Positions 41,796 to 50,446 of a stretch of DNA of 64,000 bases are shown in pieces. The notes beneath the pieces were generated by a model. The model did not search any database. It saw only the letters and a program-made list of their open reading frames with translations, and was not told where the DNA came from. Both the position numbers and the translations under genes were made by a program. Origin of the DNA: Nitrospirales bacterium (GTDB lineage Bacteria > Nitrospirota > Nitrospiria > Nitrospirales > UBA8639). The stretch covers positions 2,432,001-2,496,000 of the forward strand of contig CBDBCZ010000019.1 in NCBI GenBank assembly GCA_965203295.1, in the 5' to 3' direction. Position 1 is the first letter of the stretch. Every line of letters starts with the position of its first letter.

Positions 41796-42331
41796 CATTT
41801 TTGACACACTTGCAGTTTTGGGCTCTGGACTTTTTTGTTACGGTCTTTGAGTAATAAGCATCCTTCCCAATTCCAGCCTGAACTGAAACGATATCCAACG
41901 CTTGACCTCTAACTAATCGTCCCTGAAAAAATCGAATACTCTCGTATTCATGGTCTATTCATCGTGTTTCAGGGACGACGAATTAAGGTGGGACAAGAAG
42001 GATGTATCTAATTGGATACAGAATTGTCTTTTTTTGGTTTTATTTTTTGGAACCTCAGCAGCTGATATAGAGGGAGAGATTTCGTGCTTCCAAAGGAGGT
42101 GGGGTTTATCCCGAATTCAGCAGTTGAAAATCTATGCCTCTTATTCGCAGCTTGGGACTTGGGTCACTCAAAAGTTCAAGAATTTTCACTGGTTTGAACT
42201 GCGCCACACAGTTGAATGATGCCTCAGTCTGTGTTTTTCAATAGACCACCCTTACTGGATTCACGTGATTGAAGGTCCCCAAAAAATGAACTGCTGAATT
42301 CGGATTTATATTTCACGACAAAAGGGCTTGA

Positions 42332-43828
42332 TCAACTACCCAGGAGGCTGGTTAGCCCTGTCGAGGAGGCGGTTTGACTGGATAGGTTGGAGAACATGAG
42401 CGTCGCCGCCACTGCCCATTCGATGAAAGGCTTGGGATAGATACCTAGAATCAGCGTTCCTGCTAAGCCCACATAGACGGCGGCTTTTAATGGGGGAGAG
42501 ACGGTGAGCGGTGTGGGATCAGACGGTTCATTGATGTACATCTTTTTGACGACGACGAGGTAATAGTACAGCGAGATCATGATATTAATGAGTCCCACGA
42601 TCAGGAGCGTGTAGAGTTCTTGTTCAATGGCGGCAACAAAGATATACAGTTTGCCGATAAAACCAGCTAATGGGGGAACGCCCGCCAACGAGAGCAGGAA
42701 GATCAGCATGGCGGCCGCCAGAAATGGCGAACGTCGGTTCAGTCCGTTGTAATCTTCAATTTCATCGCTCTTAATCAGGTTGCTCACACCAATGACAACG
42801 GCAAAAGCACCCAAGTTAGCGAAGAGGTAGGCAAGCAGGTAGAACATGATGGCGTCACTGCCGCGCTTGGTGCCGGCGGCTAAACCAATCATCACATTGC
42901 CGATTTGTGCAATTCCTGAATAGGCCAACAACCGCTTGATGTTCTTTTGGGCAATGGCGACGATGTTTCCGTAGGTCATCGACAAGATGGCTGCCACAAC
43001 AAACAGCAGTACCCACATGGGCTTGAAATTGGCCAGGGCGACGTAGAACATGCGGATCAAAATGGCTATGGCCGCGCCTTTAGGCGCAATGGAAAGAAAA
43101 GCCGTGACCGGTGTGGGTGCCCCCTGATAGGTATCCGGTATCCAAGAATGGAACGGAACCGCGCCAATTTTGAAACCGAGCGCTGCGAATATCAGTACAA
43201 ACCCAATCGCCAGACCATAGCTACCGCTTACCCCGGTCATTTTTGAAAATACGAGTGTGCCGGTCTCGCCGTATACCAAACTGATCCCATACGCTAACAA
43301 ACCCGCCGCAAAGACACCCAGGATGAAAAACTTCAACCCGGCTTCGCTGGATCTGAGATCGTCTCGGAGATAAGCCACCAGGACGTAAAATCCGAAGGTT
43401 GAAAACTCCAACGTCACAAAGACCGACAAGAGATCCTGAGCCGAGGCCATGAACATCATGCCCAAGGCCGAAATCATGACAAGAAAATAGTACTCCCCCT
43501 TAAAAAACCTAAAGGATTTGACGTAGTCGATGGAAATAAGAATGATCAATCCGGTGGAAAGCACCACGAATATCTTGAAGAACAGCGCTAATCGGTCCAG
43601 CACAAACATATCCTGGAACAAAGCTCCCGTCACGCCACTCACGTCAAACCAAATCAGCATGAGCAAGGTAGCCCCCAGTCCACCAACACTGAGATAGGCA
43701 AGGGTTTTGTGGTCGACTGATCGCATGGAGAAATCGACACTCAGGACGAAGCACAACCAGAGCGTTAGAAAGATTTCCGGCGCTAATAAAAGAAGATCTG
43801 AACCAGAGAGAATTAAATCAAACGTCAT
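42332..43828 (-). CDS. nuoN: NADH-quinone oxidoreductase subunit N
   Basis: EAGLKFF, FKIGAVPFHSWIPDTYQGAPT, KRLLAYS, SLAGVPPLAGF. Confidence 0.95.
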   Translation of the reverse strand: MTFDLILSGSDLLLLAPEIFLTLWLCFVLSVDFSMRSVDHKTLAYLSVGGLGATLLMLIWFDVSGVTGALFQDMFVLDRLALFFKIFVVLSTGLIILISIDYVKSFRFFKGEYYFLVMISALGMMFMASAQDLLSVFVTLEFSTFGFYVLVAYLRDDLRSSEAGLKFFILGVFAAGLLAYGISLVYGETGTLVFSKMTGVSGSYGLAIGFVLIFAALGFKIGAVPFHSWIPDTYQGAPTPVTAFLSIAPKGAAIAILIRMFYVALANFKPMWVLLFVVAAILSMTYGNIVAIAQKNIKRLLAYSGIAQIGNVMIGLAAGTKRGSDAIMFYLLAYLFANLGAFAVVIGVSNLIKSDEIEDYNGLNRRSPFLAAAMLIFLLSLAGVPPLAGFIGKLYIFVAAIEQELYTLLIVGLINIMISLYYYLVVVKKMYINEPSDPTPLTVSPPLKAAVYVGLAGTLILGIYPKPFIEWAVAATLMFSNLSSQTASSTGLTSLLGS

Positions 43829-43834
43829 GTCAAA

Positions 43835-45436
43835 TTACGGCAATAAGCCCGTGCTGTGTTGAGTCACCATCGGGGCTACGTGATTAATCCGGTCAAGCAT
43901 CGGGACCACGGTTGACTGGACGATGTCATAGAAATGCCCAGGGAAAATCCCAAAGGCAATGCTGCATCCAATCATAAGTAACAGGGGCAGTCGATTGACA
44001 ATGCGCACGGCATCCTGGGTGTGGCTATATTCGGGAGACATCTTTCCGTAAAACAGCCCACGCATCATCCTGAACAAATACGCCATCGTGAGGACAATGC
44101 CTATGACCGCCACAATGACTTGGAACGGATACTTCTGCCAGCTCCCGACAATAATCATCACTTCGGCGATGAAATTCACCGTCCCCGGCATTCCGATCGA
44201 AGCCATGCAGGCCACGATAAAGCAGCCGGACACGAAGGGCATTCTGTCGACCAGTCCGCCTAATGACGGAATATCCCGAGAGTGGGTTTGATCATACACC
44301 CAACCTGCCATGGCAAAGAGCATCCCAGTGGCCAAGGCATGGGCAAACATGTAAATGACCGCGCCAGTCAGACTGATGTAGTCCAATGCCGCCATTCCCA
44401 AAAAGATATAGCCCATATGGCTAGAGCTGGAGTACCCGATGACGTATTTTGTGTCTTTGGCAAAGTACGACACCAGTCCGCCGTAAATGATGCTAAAGAC
44501 GCAGAGGATAGCCGCAATAGGAATCAACTCTCGTGTGGTTTCGGGGAATATTTCAAACGCCACACGGATAATCGAGAAGTGCCCGAGTTTCATCAGAACG
44601 CCGGCATGCAACATACTGGTCGCCGCCGGCGCGGCCGCATGACCGACAGGAGACCATGAATGCAGAGGCCAAATCGGCGCAATGGACGCAAAGCCAAAGA
44701 ACACCAGCAGCCAAATGATGATGGCCAGTGTCCCGTTTTCTGGAATGCCACCTTGTTCTCTGAGTTGGACGATGTCGAAGGTTTGCATGCCTGAGAAGTG
44801 ATAGATCAAAAGGATCCCCATGAGCGCAAACACTGCCCCCGCCGAAAGGAACAATGTCAACTTCATGGCAGCGTACTCTTTACTATTGAAGGCAAAATTC
44901 AGAATGAATCCAACAGAATCTCGTTTCTTGACCCCTTCAGGATCGGTCATGCCAAGATATCCCTTGGTATGACTGCCCCACACTCCTAGGAGTAGATACA
45001 TAGGCAACACGGACATTTCATAAAAGAAGTACAGGAAGAACAGATCCAAGGACATAAAAACGCCAATTGTAGCCGCCGCCAGGATCAGCAAGAAGATGTA
45101 AAACTCTTTGGTGCGGTCGTGGATGTGCCAAGAGATGAAGATTCCAGCAAACAAAAGAATGGCCGAGGCAAAGACCAAGGGCCCGCCAATACCATCGACG
45201 CCTACATAGAAGGAAATGCCAATTTCTTCTGACCAGGCAAAGCGCTGAACAAATTGAAATCCCCCTTTGATGGGGTCATAGGCAAAAAACACATACAGTG
45301 AGGCAAGCAAACTGATGCCGGCGGCACTTGCCGCCACCAAACGGACTAGGAGGGCTTCCCTGTTGGGAATAAACAACAGCACAACGGCTCCTACAAAGGG
45401 AGCAAAAAGAACGATGAGCAGTGAGTAATCAGCCAT
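43835..45436 (-). CDS. nuoM: NADH-quinone oxidoreductase subunit M, second copy
   Basis: GVDGI, FYE, PLHSWSP, LMKLG, YSSSSHMG, SIGMPGTVNF. Confidence 0.9.
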   Translation of the reverse strand: MADYSLLIVLFAPFVGAVVLLFIPNREALLVRLVAASAAGISLLASLYVFFAYDPIKGGFQFVQRFAWSEEIGISFYVGVDGIGGPLVFASAILLFAGIFISWHIHDRTKEFYIFLLILAAATIGVFMSLDLFFLYFFYEMSVLPMYLLLGVWGSHTKGYLGMTDPEGVKKRDSVGFILNFAFNSKEYAAMKLTLFLSAGAVFALMGILLIYHFSGMQTFDIVQLREQGGIPENGTLAIIIWLLVFFGFASIAPIWPLHSWSPVGHAAAPAATSMLHAGVLMKLGHFSIIRVAFEIFPETTRELIPIAAILCVFSIIYGGLVSYFAKDTKYVIGYSSSSHMGYIFLGMAALDYISLTGAVIYMFAHALATGMLFAMAGWVYDQTHSRDIPSLGGLVDRMPFVSGCFIVACMASIGMPGTVNFIAEVMIIVGSWQKYPFQVIVAVIGIVLTMAYLFRMMRGLFYGKMSPEYSHTQDAVRIVNRLPLLLMIGCSIAFGIFPGHFYDIVQSTVVPMLDRINHVAPMVTQHSTGLLP

Positions 45437-45440
45437 GTGT

Positions 45441-46994
45441 TTATTCTGCGATTATATGTGTGACGAGTGTCTGCTCATCGGCGACTTGGGCAATAGACCC
45501 CTGCTCCAATCGAATCATGACCTCTTTGACTGACCCATTGATCATCCGCAGAAATGGTGAGGGATAGAGTCCAATCCAAAAAATCATGACCGACAAGGCT
45601 ACGGCAATGAATTTCTCCCGCTGTGTCAGATCCTTAAGAGCCTGCGGTACTTTTTCAGAAAGCGGTCCAAAAATGGCGCGTTCGTAGTACCAGAGAAAAT
45701 ATGCGGCTGCAAAAATCACTCCGGACACAGCCACGAGTCCATAGAGCCAATGAGCCTGGAACGCTCCCAACAGAATTAAAAACTCCCCAATGAATCCGTT
45801 GGTTCCCGGAAGACCAATGGAAGCCATACCAATAATCAGGAAAAAGGTGGCTAATACTGGCAATTTGCTGGCCAACCCACCACAATTTTCAACCATCGTG
45901 TTCCCCAGCCGATCGTACAGAAAACCCGCGAGGAAAAAGAGCCCGGCCGTGGTGAAACCTAAATTGATCATCTGCAGGAGACTTCCCTGGATACCCTGAA
46001 AATTCAAGGCAAAAAGGCCAAGGACGACAAACCCCAAGTGGCTGATACTGCTAAACACCAAGAGTCGCCTGAAGTCAGCCTGGATAATGGCAATGATGGC
46101 CCCATACACAATGGCAATGATGGCCAGACCCATGACAATGCCCACGACGGTGTCATTGGTTGAGGCTTCCGGCAATAGCGGGAAACTAAATCGGAGAAAA
46201 CCGTACGTCCCCAGCTTCACCCCTGCCAACACGACCGACATGCCAATAGGTCCTTGAACCAGAGTGTCCGGCAACCAAGTATGGAATGGGAACATAGGAG
46301 CCTTGAACGCCAACCCCAAAAAGATCAGCCAAAAAATGAGAATCTGTTGGCTAAGAGGAACAGGCACCTTCATCAATTCCAGCAAATCGAAACTATACGT
46401 TTGAGTCACGTTATGGTAATTGATACTCAGAATCGCAAATCCCACGAGCATAAACACGCTGCCCATCAACGTGTAGAGCACATACTTCAAGGCGGCATAC
46501 TGCTTCTCCGCTCCTACTCCCCACAGTTTGATGAGGAAGTAACTCGGGATCAGCATGAGTTCCCAAAATACGAAGAACACAATCAAATCGATCGAGACAA
46601 AAATGCCAATGATGGTCGTTTCGAGGGCCAACACGCTCATGAAATAGGGTTTGATATTCTCCTTCACGGAATCCCAGGAATAGAGCACGATGAGCACCGT
46701 GAGGAAGGCGGTCAGGCCCACAAACAAGACACTGATTCCATCGACGGCCAGGTGATAGCTGATGCCTAATGGAGGAATCCAATTCAGGTGTTCACTAAAC
46801 TGCATCGCTGCCGAGTCAGGCACAAATCGCATTAACAATAGCGCTGAGAGGGCTAACTCCAGCACGGCTATCCCGAGGGCGGACTTCTTCAGTAAATCCT
46901 GATCACGTTGCCCCCAGAGGAGGATGGCTCCCAACAGAGGAAGGAAGATCAAGACGGACAGGATAGGAAATCCAAAAGTCAGTTCTTCTTGCAT
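45441..46994 (-). CDS. nuoM: NADH-quinone oxidoreductase subunit M, first copy
   Basis: AVDGIS, FWELMLIP, FKAPMFPFHTWLP, KLGTYG, SSISHLG, GLPGTNGFIGE. Confidence 0.94.
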   Translation of the reverse strand: MQEELTFGFPILSVLIFLPLLGAILLWGQRDQDLLKKSALGIAVLELALSALLLMRFVPDSAAMQFSEHLNWIPPLGISYHLAVDGISVLFVGLTAFLTVLIVLYSWDSVKENIKPYFMSVLALETTIIGIFVSIDLIVFFVFWELMLIPSYFLIKLWGVGAEKQYAALKYVLYTLMGSVFMLVGFAILSINYHNVTQTYSFDLLELMKVPVPLSQQILIFWLIFLGLAFKAPMFPFHTWLPDTLVQGPIGMSVVLAGVKLGTYGFLRFSFPLLPEASTNDTVVGIVMGLAIIAIVYGAIIAIIQADFRRLLVFSSISHLGFVVLGLFALNFQGIQGSLLQMINLGFTTAGLFFLAGFLYDRLGNTMVENCGGLASKLPVLATFFLIIGMASIGLPGTNGFIGEFLILLGAFQAHWLYGLVAVSGVIFAAAYFLWYYERAIFGPLSEKVPQALKDLTQREKFIAVALSVMIFWIGLYPSPFLRMINGSVKEVMIRLEQGSIAQVADEQTLVTHIIAE

Positions 46995-47016
46995 ACGCTG
47001 TTACTCGAAACGTCCC

Positions 47017-48999
47017 TTACAATATCGATGTGCCGGTGAGCCACAGAATCACGATATGCACGAGTAAAAACAATCCCACCACAATCACCGCTGCATAGTG
47101 ATGGACCATCCCGCTTTGCAATTTTCTCCACGACCGGGCCGCGAGGTGGTTTGCATACCCTATAATGTTGAGGCCACCGTAGATCACATGTTTTTCAGTC
47201 CAGGTCACACCAGCCGAGCTGTAATCGGTCATCCGTCCAACTCCCTTGACGATCTCATCAATCACCTTTCGGTCCAACCAATCCCAGAGCATGCCCAATT
47301 TCTTGCAAGGCTCGACAAAGATGCTGTCATAGAGTTCATCAACGTAATATTTGTTCAATAAGGTCTTATAGGCTCCAGGGGAACGCTCGGCTAAGCGATC
47401 GGCAGCCTTGGGCACAACCGAATAGAGATAATGCGCAGTCGCCCAACCTCCCAGAGCAATGACAATCGTAACCGCCATGAGTCCAAGTAGTAACCCTGTA
47501 CCAACTTCATGGACCTCGGCCCCAACGGGAGTGGCCACCTGCGCCAGATATCCGTGGAACCACCCATGTTCCGGTAGAACACCAAGAAATCCTCCGACCA
47601 GCGCCAAGGCCGCTAAAATCACCAAGGGTGTCGTCATGACTCTCGGGGATTCATGAATATGGTGTGCAACTTCTGGATCTACCCGAGATTGTCCATAGAA
47701 AGTCAGGTAGGTCAGCCTGAACATATAGAAGGCAGTAAGAAAAGCCCCGAAAGCAGCGAGGAGGTATAAGCCGTAATGTCCATGCACGAACGCATGAGCC
47801 ATGATCTCATCTTTACTCCAAAACCCTGCGAGAGGAGGAATCCCAGCGATAGCAAGAGTGCCCACGAGGAAAACCTTATACGTTAACGGGATTTTGTTCG
47901 AAAGACCTCCCATTTTTCGAATATCCTGCTCTCCACCTAACGCATGGATGACTGACCCAGCCGACAAGAACAAAAGGGCTTTGAAAAACGCATGTGTCAT
48001 CAGGTGGAAAATAGCGGCAACGTAGGCGCCCACCCCGCATGCTAAAAACATGTAGCCCAATTGGCTGACCGTCGAATACGCCAGCACCCGCTTAATATCG
48101 TTCTGCACCAGACCAATCGTGGCCGCAAACAGAGCCGTTACTCCCCCGATCCAACCGACTGCACCCATCGCTACTGGCGACATGTCGTACAACACATGGG
48201 TCCGCACAACCATATAGACACCGGCCGTGACCATCGTCGCCGCATGAATGAGCGCACTGACCGGGGTCGGGCCTTCCATCGCATCCGGCAGCCAGGTGTA
48301 GAGCGGAATTTGCGCTGACTTTCCAATCGCCCCGACCAACAAACACAATGCAATGGCTGTGGCCATTTCCGTGGAAAGTTGATGTGCCAGAGGCAGGACG
48401 TGAGTGTAGTCAAAGGATTGAAAATTCGAGAACACCAAAAAGATAGCCAGTAAGAATCCAGCATCTCCAATACGATTCACTACAAAGGCTTTCGTGGCGG
48501 CTTTCGCTGCGGACACCCGTTCGAAGTAATAACCGATTAACAGGTAGGAGCACAGACCGACGCCTTCCCACCCAATGAAGAGCACCAAAAAATTGTTTCC
48601 CATGACCAAAAGAAGCATGGAGACGGTAAACAGATTCATATAGGTGAAGAATCGAGTGAACCCTTCCTCTCCATGCATATACCCAATTGAGTACATGTGA
48701 ATCAGGAACCCTACTCCAGTGACCACCAACAACATGATCGTGGTTAACGGGTCGATGAGAAATCCCATATTGATCGTCAGGGTGTCCCCGAAAATCCAGG
48801 TGTACGCGATGACCTCATGAGCTTGACCTGTTGAGACCATGTTGCCGAACACGGCGAGAGAACACAGGAAGGATAAGCCTACCGAGCCGACAGCTATTCG
48901 CCCAGCCAGACCAGGAGCATACCGATGCCCAAGCAGGCCGTTGATGAGGACTGCAGTCAGGGGAAAGACAGGGATGAGGATGACAAGAAGCTCTAACAC
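47017..48999 (-). CDS. nuoL: NADH-quinone oxidoreductase subunit L
   Basis: GWEGVG, NRIGD, GKSAQIPL, WLPDAMEGPTPVSALIHAATMV, HAFFKALLF. Confidence 0.96.
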   Translation of the reverse strand: MLELLVILIPVFPLTAVLINGLLGHRYAPGLAGRIAVGSVGLSFLCSLAVFGNMVSTGQAHEVIAYTWIFGDTLTINMGFLIDPLTTIMLLVVTGVGFLIHMYSIGYMHGEEGFTRFFTYMNLFTVSMLLLVMGNNFLVLFIGWEGVGLCSYLLIGYYFERVSAAKAATKAFVVNRIGDAGFLLAIFLVFSNFQSFDYTHVLPLAHQLSTEMATAIALCLLVGAIGKSAQIPLYTWLPDAMEGPTPVSALIHAATMVTAGVYMVVRTHVLYDMSPVAMGAVGWIGGVTALFAATIGLVQNDIKRVLAYSTVSQLGYMFLACGVGAYVAAIFHLMTHAFFKALLFLSAGSVIHALGGEQDIRKMGGLSNKIPLTYKVFLVGTLAIAGIPPLAGFWSKDEIMAHAFVHGHYGLYLLAAFGAFLTAFYMFRLTYLTFYGQSRVDPEVAHHIHESPRVMTTPLVILAALALVGGFLGVLPEHGWFHGYLAQVATPVGAEVHEVGTGLLLGLMAVTIVIALGGWATAHYLYSVVPKAADRLAERSPGAYKTLLNKYYVDELYDSIFVEPCKKLGMLWDWLDRKVIDEIVKGVGRMTDYSSAGVTWTEKHVIYGGLNIIGYANHLAARSWRKLQSGMVHHYAAVIVVGLFLLVHIVILWLTGTSIL

Positions 49000-49000
49000 G

Positions 49001-49303
49001 CTACCATTTCAGGAGATTAATCTGATCAACGTTCGTCGCAATTTTTCCTCGGAAAACCACAATAATGATGGCCAACCCCACGGCAGCCTCCCCTGCGGCA
49101 ATGGCGATGACGAACAGTGCTGCCATTTGTCCAGCCATCGACTCCAAGTAATGAGAGAACGCCACTAAATTAATATTCGCGGCATTCAGCATAATTTCAA
49201 CCGACATGAGCACAATGATGAAGTTCCGACGGATCAACACACCCAACAAACCCGTCATGAACAAGATCGCACTCAACCCAACATACGCAGACAAAGGAAT
49301 CAT
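49001..49303 (-). CDS. nuoK: NADH-quinone oxidoreductase subunit K
   Basis: RRN...[11 protein letters not shown]...[10 protein letters not shown]. Confidence 0.95.
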   Translation of the reverse strand: MIPLSAYVGLSAILFMTGLLGVLIRRNFIIVLMSVEIMLNAANINLVAFSHYLESMAGQMAALFVIAIAAGEAAVGLAIIIVVFRGKIATNVDQINLLKW

Positions 49304-49312
49304 GATGTTTCG

Positions 49313-49846
49313 TTACGACGGAAGTGAATCCGGTTTATGATCCGACGCGGGAGGTGTTTTGGCTAACACAATGGCCCCGATAATGGCACCCAAGAGAAAC
49401 ACGCCCACAATTTCAAAAAGCAACAGGTAATCGCTAAACATGGTAATCCCAACGGCTTGACTATTCCCCACTCCAAGAACAACTTCAGTCGTTGCTTTGC
49501 CTTTCATCCCTCCATAAGGCGACAGCATCGTGAGAAGCAACAATTCTCCTAAAATTCCAACTCCAGCGAAGAGTAAGAACGCATATTTTCTGTGGAGATA
49601 CTGTTCTTCTGTCTTGAGGTTCAAGAGCATGAGGACAAACAGATAGAGAACCAAAATGGCACCGGCATACACAATGATCTGCACGGCAAAAAGGAATTCT
49701 GCGTTGAGGAGAACAAAAAGGCCAGCCACATGCAGCAACAGAGCAAGCAAGGCTAGCCCACAATGCACAGGGCTCCGTAGCGCCACGGTGCAAACCCCGG
49801 CAAGGATACTCACCGTGGCAAAATACCCAAAAAGAAGATACATCAT
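49313..49846 (-). CDS. nuoJ: NADH-quinone oxidoreductase subunit J
   Basis: LNAEFL..VQIIVYAGAILVLYLFVLMLL. Confidence 0.94.
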   Translation of the reverse strand: MMYLLFGYFATVSILAGVCTVALRSPVHCGLALLALLLHVAGLFVLLNAEFLFAVQIIVYAGAILVLYLFVLMLLNLKTEEQYLHRKYAFLLFAGVGILGELLLLTMLSPYGGMKGKATTEVVLGVGNSQAVGITMFSDYLLLFEIVGVFLLGAIIGAIVLAKTPPASDHKPDSLPS

Positions 49847-49855
49847 GCTGATGCG

Positions 49856-50425
49856 TTAAGAATCTTTGGCGTTTTGAACCGGCTGAGGAAAATGATAGCG
49901 GTAGGCGAGGCTCTCTTCACCCTCTTTTTCTTGATTATGAGCATATAAATACTTCTTGGCATCCTCTATATAGATTTCACTGATTTCGTAGAGCCGCTTT
50001 TTGTCAAACAGAAGGGTTCGTTTGTCATGTGTGGAAAATTCATACAGCTTGGTCATGGCTAAGGCATTCACCGGACAGGCTTCCACACAATAGCCACAGA
50101 ACACGCATTTAGTGATATCAATGTAAAACTCCGATGCGTATCGCTCTAAAGGCAAGGATTTATCTTCTTCACTGATAACTTTAATACAGCGCGACGGACA
50201 GGCTGCTTCACACAGATCGCAGCCGACACACCGTTCTTTCCCATTATCATAACGCAACAGCCCTAAGGCTCCTCGATGGGCATCCGGAATGGTCCTCTTT
50301 TCCCGTGGATATTGGAAGGTCGTGGGCCGATGAAACATATGCTTGAAAGTCACCTTCATGGCTTGCCATATCTCACGAAACAGGACGGCATCCAAGAATT
50401 TCTTGCTCGTGCTGGTGTCGGACAT
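49856..50425 (-). CDS. nuoI: NADH-quinone oxidoreductase subunit I
   Basis: CVGCDLCEAACP and CVFCGYCVEACP. Confidence 0.94.
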   Translation of the reverse strand: MSDTSTSKKFLDAVLFREIWQAMKVTFKHMFHRPTTFQYPREKRTIPDAHRGALGLLRYDNGKERCVGCDLCEAACPSRCIKVISEEDKSLPLERYASEFYIDITKCVFCGYCVEACPVNALAMTKLYEFSTHDKRTLLFDKKRLYEISEIYIEDAKKYLYAHNQEKEGEESLAYRYHFPQPVQNAKDS

Positions 50426-50446
50426 CTATCGACAACGCTCCTTCAT

